Source of the DNA: Dehalococcoidia bacterium
Lineage (GTDB): Bacteria; Chloroflexota; Dehalococcoidia; Lucifugimonadales; UBA3495
DNA: 64,000 bases
Direction: 5' to 3'
NCBI GenBank assembly: GCA_030740155.1
Contig: JASLXV010000080.1
Span: 1-64,000, forward strand
The position numbers and the translations under genes are program-made. Each line of letters begins with the position of its first letter. Positions within the stretch are counted from its first letter, which is position 1. Below are positions 37,566 through 50,264 of the stretch, piece by piece. The notes beneath the pieces were generated by a model, which did no database searches, was not told the DNA's origin, and saw only the letters and a list, made by a program, of their open reading frames with translations.

Positions 37566-37890
37566 CCCGCCGCGTTAGATAATTCCGGCCGGAAATGGGC
37601 CGCCGGGGGGGCGTCAGCGGTAGTCCCGTCGCTTCCCAGCAGGCGGCCCCTGGCCCGCTCCCGGCGCGGGTCGACGGAAACCGCCCCCACCGCCGGGTGC
37701 GGATATGGCTGGGCGTGGGGCTGCGCCACGGGCACGGACGAACGCCCATCGGACAGCCCGCCGCGACTGGGCGGCCTCCTCTCCCGGCACTCGTTGCGCC
37801 CCCTCCACTAGCTGATCTCGGATTGTGGTAACATGTTCCGAAGACTCCCTGCCATCGTGCCGGGAGTCACTTTGGCCATGGAGGCAGCGA

Positions 37891-40203
37891 ATGCCGGACT
37901 ATGAACCCAACATGGTCTTATCCACTCAGGAATTCAGGGTGGTGGGCAGCAGTCCCATCCGACCCGATGGCGCCGATAAAGTTACGGGCCGAGCCCGTTT
38001 TGGAATAGATGCCAGCCTTCCCGGAATGCTGCAAGCCAAGATACTTCGTAGCCCCCACGCCCACGCCCGGATAAAGTCCATCGACACCAGCCGGGCCAAG
38101 GCGCTGCCCGGAGTTCACGCGGTAATTACCGCCGCCGATTTCCCCGAGGTCTCGGGCCGGGTGGCGGACTTGGCCGAAGGGTCGATACACAACATGGGGT
38201 TCCTGAGCAGGAACATCATGGCTCGGGAGAAAGCGCTCTACAAAGGTCATGCGATCGCGGCGGTGGCGGCAACCAATCTGCATGTCGCGGCGGAGGCGCT
38301 GGCCCTCATCGACGTGGACTACGAGGTCCTCACGCCGGTCATGAACGCCCAGGAGGCCATGAAAGGCGGGGCGCCCCTCCTGCACGAGCGGCTCGCCAGC
38401 TTGACCAACCCGGCGGTGCGGCCGGGGGGGGTCATGGACGATGACGACCCCAGCGAGGGCTCCAACATCGCCAACCACTTCGAGTTCCGCCTGGGAGACG
38501 TGGCGAAAGGGTTCGCGGAGGCCGACGTTATCGTTCAGCATGAGACCTCCACCTCGGCCGTGCACCAGGGGTACATCGAGCCCCATACCGGCACCGCCAT
38601 GTGGCAATCCGACGGCAGCCTGATCATCTGGTCCAGCACCCAGGGCCACTTCACCGTACGGGAGATGACCGGCCGGCTCCTGGGTATTCCCGCCTCCAAG
38701 ATCAAGGTCATCCCCATGGAGGTCGGAGGCGGGTTCGGCGCCAAGGGCATCATCTACGTGGAGCCGGTGGCGACCGTCCTGGCGCGCCTGACCGGGCGCC
38801 CGGTGAGGGTGACCATGACCCGGACGGAGGTGTTCGAGTCTTCGGGGCCGACCTCCGCCAGCCACATAAAAGTCAAGCTCGGCGCCACCAAAGAAGGGAA
38901 GCTCGTCGCGGCGGAGGCCGAGCTGATATACGAGGCCGGGGCCTTTCCGGGTTCGCCGGCGGTCCCCGGCTGCGTTTGCATGATGTCGGCCTACGATATC
39001 CCCAACGCCCGCCTGGAAGGGTACGACGTGGTGGTGAACACGCCCAAGTCGGCGGCCTACCGGGCCCCCGGTTCTCCGGTCTCCGCCTTCGCCATGGAGA
39101 CCGCCATCGACAAGCTGTGCGAGAAGCTGGGGATGGACCCGCTGGATTTCCGTCTGCTCAACAGCTCCAAGGAAGGAACCCGCCAGGTCACCGGTCCGGT
39201 GTTCCCCCGCATCGGCTTTATCGAAACCCTGCAGGCGGCCAAAGCTCACCCCCACTACTCAGCGCCTCTGGAAGGGCCCAACCGGGGTAGGGGCGTGGCC
39301 AGCGGCTACTGGCGCAACAACACCGGTCCGTCCAGTGTCCTGGTTATCGTCAATTCCGATGGAACCGTTAGCCTGGTGGAGGGCTCTGTCGACCTTAGCG
39401 GCACCAGGACGACCCTGGCGCAACAGCTCGCCGAAGTCCTGGGAATCCAGGTTGAGGATGTAAGGCCCGCGGTGGCGGACACCGATTCCATTGGCTTTAC
39501 TTCCAACAGCGGGGGAAGCGGCGCCACTTTCAAGACTGGGTGGGCCGTGCACCATGCCGGCGAGGACGTGAAACGGCAGATGATCCAGAGGGCCGCGAAG
39601 GTCTGGGAGATCCCGGAGGAAGACGTGGAGTACCGGGATGGCGTCCTCCGGCACAAGTCCGACCCGGAACTGCAACTGACCTTCAAGCAAGTAGCGGGCC
39701 GGCAGAACGGCACCGGCGGTCCCATCACGGGACGGGCCGGCGTCAACCCCGGGGGCGTGGGGCCGGCCCTGGCAACCCACATCGTGGACGTGGAGGTGGA
39801 CCCGGAGACCGGCAAGGTGTCGATCCTCCGCTATACCGCCCTCCAAGATGTTGGCAAGGCGGTCCACCCCGATATCGTCGCCGGACAAATACAGGGGGGA
39901 GCCACCCAGGGCATCGGTTGGGCGCTCAATGAAGAGTATTACTTCAACAATCAGGGCGCCATGATGAACAGCACCTTCCTGGACTATCGGATGCCCACCA
40001 GCTTGGACCTCCCCATGATCGACACGGTCATCGTCGAGGTTGCCAACCCCGGCCATCCCTACGGTGTGCGGGGTGTGGGTGAAGTGCCCATCGTCCCGCC
40101 GATGGCGGCGATATCCAACGCCATCCACCGGGCGGTCGGAGTCCGGATGAACCGATTGCCCATGAGTCCTGGCCGGGTCCTCGAAGCCCTCTGGGAGAAG
40201 TAA
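37891..40203 (+). CDS. Xanthine dehydrogenase-family molybdopterin-binding subunit
   Basis: KVTGRARF, RSPHAHARI, HQGYIEPH, GGGFGAK, AYRAPG, RGVGE. Confidence 0.95.
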   Translation: MPDYEPNMVLSTQEFRVVGSSPIRPDGADKVTGRARFGIDASLPGMLQAKILRSPHAHARIKSIDTSRAKALPGVHAVITAADFPEVSGRVADLAEGSIHNMGFLSRNIMAREKALYKGHAIAAVAATNLHVAAEALALIDVDYEVLTPVMNAQEAMKGGAPLLHERLASLTNPAVRPGGVMDDDDPSEGSNIANHFEFRLGDVAKGFAEADVIVQHETSTSAVHQGYIEPHTGTAMWQSDGSLIIWSSTQGHFTVREMTGRLLGIPASKIKVIPMEVGGGFGAKGIIYVEPVATVLARLTGRPVRVTMTRTEVFESSGPTSASHIKVKLGATKEGKLVAAEAELIYEAGAFPGSPAVPGCVCMMSAYDIPNARLEGYDVVVNTPKSAAYRAPGSPVSAFAMETAIDKLCEKLGMDPLDFRLLNSSKEGTRQVTGPVFPRIGFIETLQAAKAHPHYSAPLEGPNRGRGVASGYWRNNTGPSSVLVIVNSDGTVSLVEGSVDLSGTRTTLAQQLAEVLGIQVEDVRPAVADTDSIGFTSNSGGSGATFKTGWAVHHAGEDVKRQMIQRAAKVWEIPEEDVEYRDGVLRHKSDPELQLTFKQVAGRQNGTGGPITGRAGVNPGGVGPALATHIVDVEVDPETGKVSILRYTALQDVGKAVHPDIVAGQIQGGATQGIGWALNEEYYFNNQGAMMNSTFLDYRMPTSLDLPMIDTVIVEVANPGHPYGVRGVGEVPIVPPMAAISNAIHRAVGVRMNRLPMSPGRVLEALWEK

Positions 40204-40234
40204 GGTACCGGCACAACTATATATAGGCGGCCAC

Positions 40235-40510
40235 ATGGCGGAAGTATGGATCCCTCCTCGAATGCAAAGCCTGACCGGAGGGCGAAAGACAGTCCAAATA
40301 GCTGGCGAAACGGTCCGGCAGATAGTCAACAACCTGGAGAAGGAGTTCCCTGGGACCAAGGCCTGGCTCTGCGATGAAGATCTGGACGATCTCATGCTGG
40401 GTATTGCGGTAATTGTCGATGGCGAGAGCAGCCAGTTGGGGTTACTCGAGCCGGTCAAGGAAAGCAGCGAGGTCCATTTCATTCCCGCTCTCGGCGGCGG
40501 AGCGGCGTAA
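40235..40510 (+). CDS. MoaD/ThiS-family ubiquitin-like protein
   Basis: Beta-grasp pattern ending FIPALGGGAA. Confidence 0.85.
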   Translation: MAEVWIPPRMQSLTGGRKTVQIAGETVRQIVNNLEKEFPGTKAWLCDEDLDDLMLGIAVIVDGESSQLGLLEPVKESSEVHFIPALGGGAA

Positions 40511-40580
40511 CTCGGCGGCCGGTGTGCTGTTTCGTAAATTGCTTTCCGCCGCCGATCCTGCGACATTCCCTACCCACCAA

Positions 40581-40647
40581 CGTCTTTCCGGCGAAGGCCG
40601 GAATCCACGGAGGCGCTGGCTGGATCCCGGCCTTCGCCGGGATGACG
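40581..40647. repeat. Palindromic repeat family D (GTCnTTCCGGCGAAGGCCGGAATCCA)
   Basis: CGTCTTTCCGGCGAAGGCCGGAATCCA ... TGGATCCCGGCCTTCGCCGGGATGACG; degenerate relative at 45262-45337. Confidence 0.8.
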
Positions 40648-40680
40648 GACTGGGTGTCAAGCCAGGTACGAGAAGCCGGG

Positions 40681-41721
40681 TCAGAACTTGAGGGGATCGA
40701 GCTTGATTCTTTGCCCGGTACGGGCCGACTCGATCATGGCCAAGGTCGCTTGCACCACCTTGGCGCCATCCTCGCCCGTGGCCGCCGGCTGCCGGTCCTT
40801 CTCGACAGCCTCCTGAAAGTCTTCCAGCATGGCGACGAAGTTGGGCATCAGATTTCCAGGGTAGGCCTCAGTTTGATTGACCGTGTCGCTGACTATCTCC
40901 ACCTCACCCTGGCGCGCGGCGAATAGTGTCCCCTTGCCGGCGGCGCGGCCACCGGTGCCATAGATCGAGATATCGTTGCGCGGGTCGGGGAGGAGCCGCC
41001 CGGTGCACACGGTGGCTATGGTACCGCCATCGAAGCGGAGCAGCATGGTGACCAGGTGCTCCAAGGGTTGCTGCTCGGTCTGGCCGTCGGTGATGGCGGA
41101 GACCTCGATCGGGTCCTGGGCCAAGAGGAACCGCAGCAGGTCCACCACGTGAACCCCCATGCCCATCATCGGGGAGGCGCCGCCGACCATTTCCGGGTCC
41201 TCCCACCATAGTTGCGCGCCCGTGCGGGCCGCCGGCTCGTCCTGGCCCCGGACCCCACCGCCCCATAACCCTTGGGCCAAACCGATCCGGCCCAAAGCCC
41301 CTTGGGCGATCACGTCGCGCATGAGTTTGTGGGCGGGGTGTTGCCTGAGTTCGAAGCCCAGCCCCAGCTTGACGCCGTTGGTCCGGCACTGGCGCACCAT
41401 GTCCACCGCGTCTTCCAGTGTGGTGGCCATGGGCTTTTCCGTTATCACCTGCTTGCCCGCTTGGGCCGCCAGGAAAGTGTGGCGGGCGTGTAACGAGTTG
41501 GGCGAAACGATGAACACGGCGTCCACCCGGGAGTCCCGGACCATCTCTTCTACAGAATCGTAGGCGGCTTTGGCCCCGTGTTGCTCGGCAAACTGCTCGG
41601 CGCGACCCTGGTCGCGGCTGCACACCGCCACCAGCTCCGCCCCCGGGGTTTCGCCGATGGCAGGAGCGATTCGATTCTCGGAATGGGACCCGGTGCTCAC
41701 TATTGCCCAGCCAATCGCCAC
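40681..41721 (-). CDS. Gfo/Idh/MocA oxidoreductase
   Basis: VDAVFIVSPNSLHA, EKPMA, GVHVVDLLRFL; GTG start with GGAGGAG. Confidence 0.93.
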   Translation of the reverse strand: MAIGWAIVSTGSHSENRIAPAIGETPGAELVAVCSRDQGRAEQFAEQHGAKAAYDSVEEMVRDSRVDAVFIVSPNSLHARHTFLAAQAGKQVITEKPMATTLEDAVDMVRQCRTNGVKLGLGFELRQHPAHKLMRDVIAQGALGRIGLAQGLWGGGVRGQDEPAARTGAQLWWEDPEMVGGASPMMGMGVHVVDLLRFLLAQDPIEVSAITDGQTEQQPLEHLVTMLLRFDGGTIATVCTGRLLPDPRNDISIYGTGGRAAGKGTLFAARQGEVEIVSDTVNQTEAYPGNLMPNFVAMLEDFQEAVEKDRQPAATGEDGAKVVQATLAMIESARTGQRIKLDPLKF

Positions 41722-41989
41722 GTTACTCCTCCTTCGGTTTGGTTTTCGTAGCTTAACATAGGGATGGCCGGAGCGGCAGCCCTCGATCCGCACCTAAACT
41801 GAGTATCATATTCCCGCCCACCCACCCAACATCGTTTGGAGGCGCACGGGGCTTTGCGCCGCGCGCCTCCAAACCCCGACCCAGGGAAGGGCGACCCCCC
41901 AACGAAGCACGATCTATTCGTGGGGCCGCTCTTGGGAGTTGCCGAGAGGCGGCGCCAACCCAGGGAGCGAAGCACTTGGCGACTCGGAA

Positions 41990-42050
41990 TTGACGTCCGG
42001 CCATAATCGGGGTACAGTGGAATATAACCCCCCCCCAGGGGGTAGGGGTA
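41990..42050 (+). promoter_or_regulatory. csoR promoter and CsoR-type C/G-tract operator
   Basis: TTGACG-17 nt-TACAGT followed by ATATAACCCCCCCCCAGGGGGTA. Confidence 0.75.
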
Positions 42051-42072
42051 CAGCGAAATGAGGAACAGCACC

Positions 42073-42339
42073 ATGATATCTGATAGCAAAGTGGATGCCC
42101 TGAAGCGGCTGAGCTACGTCGAGGGGCACCTATCCGGCATTCGTAAGATGCTGGAAGAAGACAAGTATTGCGTCGACGTCCTCAAGCAGACCTACGCCGT
42201 CAGGCGGGCCATCGAGAAGATCGAAGGTATCATGCTGGAGGGTCACCTGCACTCCTGCGTGGTGGAAGGGATCAAGACTGGGCGCGAGGACCAGGTGCTC
42301 GACGAATTGAAAGACCTGTACTTTCTTGCCAACAAATAA
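42073..42339 (+). CDS. csoR: CsoR/RcnR-family copper-sensing repressor
   Basis: KRLSYVEGHLSGIRKM, YCVDVLKQ, HLHSC. Confidence 0.92.
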   Translation: MISDSKVDALKRLSYVEGHLSGIRKMLEEDKYCVDVLKQTYAVRRAIEKIEGIMLEGHLHSCVVEGIKTGREDQVLDELKDLYFLANK

Positions 42340-42384
42340 CCGGGCCAACAAATGACCGGGCCGATTCTAGATAGAGGTTCTTAC

Positions 42385-44907
42385 ATGGCTACTGGATCTC
42401 AGCAAGCTGAACGCGTAACTCTGCCGGTGGAGGGGATGACCTGTGCCTCGTGTGTTGCCCATGTCGAGTCGGCGCTCAAGGAGGTCCCGGGCGTCGCCGG
42501 CGTCAGTGTAAACCTGGCTACCGAAAAGGCCGCCGTGGAGTTTAGCGAGCGGGAGGTACCTTTCGAGCAGCTTCGCGAGGCCGTGAGCCAGGCCGGGTAC
42601 AAGATTTCCACTTCTCGAATGACGCTGAACCTGGGCGGCATGACCTGCGCCTCCTGCGTCGCCCACGTCGAGTCGGCCCTGAAAGGGGTCTCGGGGGTGA
42701 CTGAGGCCGCCGTCAACCTGGCCACCGAAAAAGCCACGGTGGACTACGTCGCGGGTATAGCCGAGCTGGACGATTTCCGCCAGGCAGTCGAGGAGGCCGG
42801 ATACCGGGTCGAAGGATTGGATACGGACACCGGGAGCACCAAGGAGGAGATGGATAGGCTGGCCAAGGTCAAGGAGATCCGGGCCTTGGGAAACAAGGTG
42901 ATGCTGGCCGGAGCCGGAGCTATCCTCCTTTTCCTGGGGACCTTCGGTGCTTTTCCGTGGGTTGATTCTTTCATGGAGCGGGGGTTCTACCCGTTCTTGC
43001 TGTGGGCCGTGGCTACGCCAATCCAGTTCTGGGCTGGATGGATGTTCTACTCTTCCGGAATACCCCCCGTGCGGCACCGGCGGGCCAACATGCACACGCT
43101 GATCGCGATGGGCACCAGCACCGCATACCTCTACAGCGTGGCCGTGGTGTTGCTGGACGCGGTGTCGCCTCAGGTCTTGGTGGACAACGGAATCGGTACC
43201 GAGGTCTACTTCGATACGGCGGCGCTGATCATCGCCTTGATAATGCTGGGGCGCTGGCTGGAGGCGCGGGCCAAGGGCAAGACATCGGAGGCCATCCGGC
43301 GGCTCATGGGCATGCGCCCCAATACCGCCCGCTTGATCCGCGACGGCCGGGAGGTGGACGTTCCGATCGATACGGTGGTCCCCGGCGATATAATCCTGGT
43401 GCGTCCCGGAGAGAAGGTGCAGGTGGACGGAAAGGTGACCGAGGGCTACTCGACGGTAGACGAGTCGATGCTGACCGGAGAGAGCATGCCGGTGGACAAG
43501 CAGCCCGGCATGGTGGTCTACGGCGCCACTCTCAACAAGCACGGCGCTTTCCAGTTCAGCGCCACCAAGGTTGGAAAGGACACGGTGCTGGCCCAGATCA
43601 TCCGCCTGGTGGAGGATGCTCAGGGCTCCAAGGCCCCGATCCAGCGGCTGGCCGACCAGGTGGCGGCCTACTTCGTGCCCGCCGTCATCGCCACCGCCCT
43701 GGCCGCCTTCCTGTTCTGGCTGCTGCTGGGACCGGCCCCGGCCTTGACCTTCGCCACCCTGGTGTTCGTGGCGGTGCTGATCATCGCCTGCCCCTGCGCC
43801 CTCGGCCTGGCCACTCCCACCGCCATTATAGTGGGCACCGGCAAGGGAGCCGAGCTTGGGGTGTTGATCCGGGGCGCTCAGGCCTTGGAGATTTCCCACA
43901 AGGTCAACGTGGTGGTGCTGGACAAGACCGGTACCCTGACCACCGGGAGGCCGGTGGTTACCGACCTGGTCGCCGTGGGCACCTCCGAGGATGAACTGCT
44001 GCGGCTGGCGGCCTCGGCGGAGCGGGGCTCGGAACATCCCCTCGGCGAGGCCATCGTCCTGGAGGCCCAGGCGCGGGACCTGGAGCTGAAGCCGGCGGAA
44101 CGTTTCCAGGCAATACCCGGGCTTGGCATCGAGGCCCAAATCGATGGACGCCTGCTGCAATTCGGCAACCAGGCTCTCATGGAAGCCGGCAATGTCCCGC
44201 TCAATGGCCTGGCAGAAAGGGCCCATGAGCTGGCCATCCAGGGCAAGACGCCCATGTTCCTGGCGTCCGAAAACGCCGCCCTGGGAGTCATCGCCGTGGC
44301 CGACACCCTGAAGCCGACTTCCCGGGACGGTGTGGCCCGGTTGCAGCAGATGGGACTGGAAGTGGTGATGTTGACCGGCGACAATGCTCAGACCGCCAGG
44401 GCGATCGGCGAACAGTTGGGCGTGGACCAGGTTGAGGCCGAGGTCTTGCCCCAGGACAAGGCGGCGGTGGTGCGCCGGCTTCAATCTCAGGGGAAAGTGG
44501 TGGCCATGGTGGGCGATGGCATCAACGACGCCCCCGCTCTGGCCCAGGCGGACGTGGGACTGGCCATGGGCACGGGCACCGACGTGGCCATGGAGTCGGC
44601 GGATATTACCCTGATGCGGAGCGACGTTGGCGGGGTAATCACCGCGTTCAACCTGAGCCGCCAGACCATCCGGACGGTCAAGCAGAACCTGTTTTGGGCC
44701 TTCTTTTACAACGTGATGCTGATTCCGGTGGCGGCCGGGGCCCTGTACCCGCTGTTCCAGGCTGTGGGCGGCGTCCCCGGCAGCATGGACTTCTTCTTCG
44801 GCGACCAGGGGTTCTTGAACCCGGTGCTGGCGGCCCTGGCCATGGCCTTCAGCTCGGTTACCGTGGTGAGCAACTCCTTGCGCCTGCGGAGAGCCAAGGT
44901 TGTTTAG
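42385..44907 (+). CDS. copA: Cu(I)-translocating P1B-type ATPase with two HMA domains
   Basis: Two GMTCASC, TGES, CPCALG, DKTGT, SEHPL, GDGIND, YN and MxxSS motifs. Confidence 0.97.
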   Translation: MATGSQQAERVTLPVEGMTCASCVAHVESALKEVPGVAGVSVNLATEKAAVEFSEREVPFEQLREAVSQAGYKISTSRMTLNLGGMTCASCVAHVESALKGVSGVTEAAVNLATEKATVDYVAGIAELDDFRQAVEEAGYRVEGLDTDTGSTKEEMDRLAKVKEIRALGNKVMLAGAGAILLFLGTFGAFPWVDSFMERGFYPFLLWAVATPIQFWAGWMFYSSGIPPVRHRRANMHTLIAMGTSTAYLYSVAVVLLDAVSPQVLVDNGIGTEVYFDTAALIIALIMLGRWLEARAKGKTSEAIRRLMGMRPNTARLIRDGREVDVPIDTVVPGDIILVRPGEKVQVDGKVTEGYSTVDESMLTGESMPVDKQPGMVVYGATLNKHGAFQFSATKVGKDTVLAQIIRLVEDAQGSKAPIQRLADQVAAYFVPAVIATALAAFLFWLLLGPAPALTFATLVFVAVLIIACPCALGLATPTAIIVGTGKGAELGVLIRGAQALEISHKVNVVVLDKTGTLTTGRPVVTDLVAVGTSEDELLRLAASAERGSEHPLGEAIVLEAQARDLELKPAERFQAIPGLGIEAQIDGRLLQFGNQALMEAGNVPLNGLAERAHELAIQGKTPMFLASENAALGVIAVADTLKPTSRDGVARLQQMGLEVVMLTGDNAQTARAIGEQLGVDQVEAEVLPQDKAAVVRRLQSQGKVVAMVGDGINDAPALAQADVGLAMGTGTDVAMESADITLMRSDVGGVITAFNLSRQTIRTVKQNLFWAFFYNVMLIPVAAGALYPLFQAVGGVPGSMDFFFGDQGFLNPVLAALAMAFSSVTVVSNSLRLRRAKVV

Positions 44908-44909
44908 GA

Positions 44910-44946
44910 TGGTTGTCTAAACGGTTGTCTAAACGGTTGTTCAAAT
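44910..44946 (+). repeat. 12-bp tandem repeat, about 3 copies
   Basis: GGTTGTCTAAAC GGTTGTCTAAAC GGTTGTTCAAAT. Confidence 0.8.
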
Positions 44947-45027
44947 GGGGCTTTGGGGAACCCTTTCGGGCAAGAGAGGGTCTCCCAGGCCCCTTCCATA
45001 ATACTCAAATCAGTGGAGGAATAGGAC

Positions 45028-45243
45028 GTGGCGACAGCTATCGATCCCATATGCAAGATGGAAGTGGACACGGGGAATCCCTCGGGAGGGCAGAGCGAGT
45101 ACCAGGGGACCAGCTACTACTTTTGCGCGCCGGGCTGCAAGGTTGCTTTCGACAAAGAGCCGGAGAAGTACCTGTCGGGTGAATCGGCGGCGCCGGCGTC
45201 CAAGCCCACCTTCTTCTCTAAGATCTTCGGCCGCAAGCACTGA
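45028..45243 (+). CDS. YHS/TRASH-domain metal chaperone
   Basis: DPICKMEV...YYFCAPGCKVAFDKEPEKY. Confidence 0.92.
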   Translation: MATAIDPICKMEVDTGNPSGGQSEYQGTSYYFCAPGCKVAFDKEPEKYLSGESAAPASKPTFFSKIFGRKH

Positions 45244-45261
45244 AGAGAGATCTAACCCGGT

Positions 45262-45601
45262 CCGTCAGCCCAGCGAAGGCCGGGATCGATGAGCCGCTTC
45301 TCTGGATTCCCCTTCCACGGAAGGGCCGGAAAGACGGTCACGGGGAGGGAAGGCCGCGCAGGTGCGCCGATCCAGAGCTGCTTGCGCGACAGTTTCCAGG
45401 CGCATGGCCAACGTGGTCGTCGCTGGATGTCATTCCGAGGAGCGGAGGGACGAGGAATCTCAGCGTGACACCGGGATTCCACGCCTGCGGCTCGGAATCG
45501 TTCGCGCCCGGATTGGATAGGTACCGCGGCCGACGAAAATGGACGCTGCCCGGATCCGGGACCTTGATGTAGAGGCGGGCTTCAAACCCGCCTCTACATC
45601 A
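45262..45601. repeat. Cluster of three different palindromic repeats (families D, C and a GTAG-type REP)
   Basis: 45262-45337; 45428-45498; TGATGTAGAGGCGGGCTTCAAACCCGCCTCTACATCA at 45565-45601. Confidence 0.75.
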
Positions 45602-45633
45602 TCGTTCAAATCTTGGTGCACCGGCGCGGCGGG

Positions 45634-48258
<2,625 letters not shown>

Positions 48259-48300
48259 GCGAGTCACCACCTATTTCGGGTTCCCGCCCGCCGGGCGCCG

Positions 48301-48381
48301 TTAGGGGCCGGCGGGCGAGGGAACGGTCATAATGATGAGGCGCCGCCCCACTTGCCGCTTCCGGCGCCGGGCTGGCGGCAT
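48301..48381 (-). CDS. Candidate upstream ORF of secA (26 aa)
   Basis: GAGGAGG RBS, ATG, MPPARRRKRQVGRRLIIMTVPSPAGP-stop inside a hairpin. Confidence 0.4.
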   Translation of the reverse strand: MPPARRRKRQVGRRLIIMTVPSPAGP

Positions 48382-48794
48382 CCAGGGACCTCCTCTTGGA
48401 AGAACAACAGACATTATCTCTATTGTAGCGAAAGTAGACGGCCGCTGCACACTGGCTCGGAAGGGTAATGTGCGCAGAAAAGCCGGGAGAGGGCCCTTCA
48501 AAGAGCTTTTGCCTGACTGGTAAATGGCGGCGAATCCCGCCCCGGTAAGACGGCGGGCGAGAACTTCAGCATCGCCTTGGCGGGGGGCCTATGTTTCTGA
48601 ATAACCGGTACTCAGGTTGAGGGAGGGGTCTACAGGCTGCGTAAATGGCCCGGTGGGTTGTCTGGTAAACGGCTTTCCACCGGAGAAGATATGGGACAGC
48701 CCCTCCCCGCGAGCGGCCCCGATGCAATCAGGGCCGGGATGACGGACCGGGCGCCAAGCTGCTCAAGAGACACTGGGCTGGATTGCAAGGCCAC

Positions 48795-49868
48795 CTACGA
48801 GACGGTACTCTGAACCGCCTGGCCAACTCTCTCGTGGGTCCAGTTCAGCAGCTCCTCGGTCTCTTCCCATCCGATGCAGGCGTCGGTGATCGAGACGCCG
48901 TACTTCAATCGGGGCGGGATTCCATTTAAACTCTGGTTGCCCGGGTTCAGGTGGCTCTCCAGCATGCAGCCGATGATGTCGGTGTTGCCGGCCACGCGCT
49001 GCTCCACCACGGATTTTAAGGCAATGGCCTGCTTGGAATAGTCTTTGGCGGAATTGCCGTGGCTGCAGTCCACCAGGAGATGGGAGCGGACTCCCGCGGC
49101 TTCGAGCTGCATCTTGGACTCGGCGATGGCCTTGGCGCCGTAGTTCGGTCCGTGCCGGCCACCCCGGAGCACGAGGTGCCCGTCCGGGTTGCCGGTGGTA
49201 CGGACGATCGCCGTCCGGCCTTCGTGGTCGAGGCCTAGAAAAGCGTGGCTGGAACGCGCGGAAACCGTCGCGTCGACGGCTATCTGAGCATTGCCGTCGG
49301 TGCCGTTCTTGAACCCCACAGGCATACTCAGCCCGCTGGCCATCTGACGATGGGTCTGGCTCTCGGTGGTACGGGCGCCGATGGTCGCCCAGGTCACCAG
49401 GCCCGCCAGATACTGGGGCACCACGGGGTCGAGAAACTCCGAGCCGGCGTACAATCCCATCTCGGCGATCTTCAAGAGCAAAGTACGGGCCCGGTGCATG
49501 CCTGTCTCAATATCAAAGCTGTCGTCCAGGTGGGGATCGTAGATGAACCCCTTCCAGCCCACCGTTGTCCGCGGCTTCTCAAAGTAGACGCGCATCACTA
49601 TCAGCAGCCGGTCACTCAGCTTCTTCGAGGATTCGAGAAGCCGCCCCGCGTACTCCAGGGCAGCTTTCTCGTCATGAATCGAGCATGGCCCGACGACCAG
49701 CATGAACCTTGAGTCCAGGCCATTCAAGATGTCGCGGAGCTGCTGCCGGCCGGATAGCACGGTTTTCTCCGCTTCCGGGCTGACCGGCAGTTTGTTGACC
49801 AGATCTAATGGTGAGATGAGCTGCATGGTGCTCTCGATGTGTACGTCCCTGGCGGCTGATGGCTGCAT
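48795..49868 (-). CDS. DAHP synthase type I-alpha (AroF/G/H-like)
   Basis: VGPCSIHD, MRVYFEKPRTTVGWKG, IGARTTESQTHR, VDCSHGNS, YGVSITDACIGW. Confidence 0.96.
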   Translation of the reverse strand: MQPSAARDVHIESTMQLISPLDLVNKLPVSPEAEKTVLSGRQQLRDILNGLDSRFMLVVGPCSIHDEKAALEYAGRLLESSKKLSDRLLIVMRVYFEKPRTTVGWKGFIYDPHLDDSFDIETGMHRARTLLLKIAEMGLYAGSEFLDPVVPQYLAGLVTWATIGARTTESQTHRQMASGLSMPVGFKNGTDGNAQIAVDATVSARSSHAFLGLDHEGRTAIVRTTGNPDGHLVLRGGRHGPNYGAKAIAESKMQLEAAGVRSHLLVDCSHGNSAKDYSKQAIALKSVVEQRVAGNTDIIGCMLESHLNPGNQSLNGIPPRLKYGVSITDACIGWEETEELLNWTHERVGQAVQSTVS

Positions 49869-49970
49869 GTCTTCGCTCCCCTTAGTCTCGTGGTAGCGCC
49901 GTTCGCCGGCTTCCGGGGGTCCACCTTTCGGTATTGATCGTGCTCTGATCCGGCATGATTGCCTCAACAC

Positions 49971-50002
49971 AACAAAACACCCCAACCGCTGCCGGTTGGG
50001 GT
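49971..50002 (-). terminator. Attenuator terminator hairpin
   Basis: Minus strand ACCCCAACCG-GCAG-CGGTTGGGGT followed by GTTTTGTT. Confidence 0.85.
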
Positions 50003-50031
50003 CTTGGTGTTTCCGGGAATCTTGTTCTAGG

Positions 50032-50124
50032 TCATCTGTTTTCGGGCACCAAACCTCGGCCGGCAGCGCTGGAGCCAGTAAAAAGCCAGTAATACCCGTA
50101 AAACCGGTGTGAACTGATCATCAT
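50032..50124 (-). CDS. Aromatic amino acid attenuator leader peptide (30 aa)
   Basis: MMISSHRFYGYYWLFTGSSAAGRGLVPENR; clustered F/Y/W codons; overlaps the antiterminator arm. Confidence 0.85.
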   Translation of the reverse strand: MMISSHRFYGYYWLFTGSSAAGRGLVPENR

Positions 50125-50129
50125 TATAG

Positions 50130-50157
50130 ATAATACCGCTAATTTCGCGGTTGTCAA
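50130..50157 (-). promoter_or_regulatory. Promoter of the leader-DAHP synthase transcript
   Basis: TTGACA-16 nt-TATTAT; the leader ATG follows after 5 intervening nt. Confidence 0.75.
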
Positions 50158-50264
50158 TGCCCGCTACCCCAACCCGGTGGCAGCGGCCGACCACCCGCCA
50201 CGGAGGCTTTGGTTGGCTTGACGGCCTGCCGGGGTCCCGCGGGGTCGAAGCCCCGGGCCCGCCG

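Noticed and set aside
37891..40203. Aerobic CO dehydrogenase CoxL
   Set aside because: The motif is AYRAPG, not form I AYxCSFR or form II AYRGAGR; no coxM/coxS
42367..44484. Long antisense ORFs (705 aa here; also 8533-9684, 37918-39255, 39259-40566, 53539-54870)
   Set aside because: Shadows of well-supported high-GC genes on the opposite strand; no motifs
44910..44946. Possible CRISPR array
   Set aside because: Only a 12-bp tandem repeat with no spacers and no cas genes
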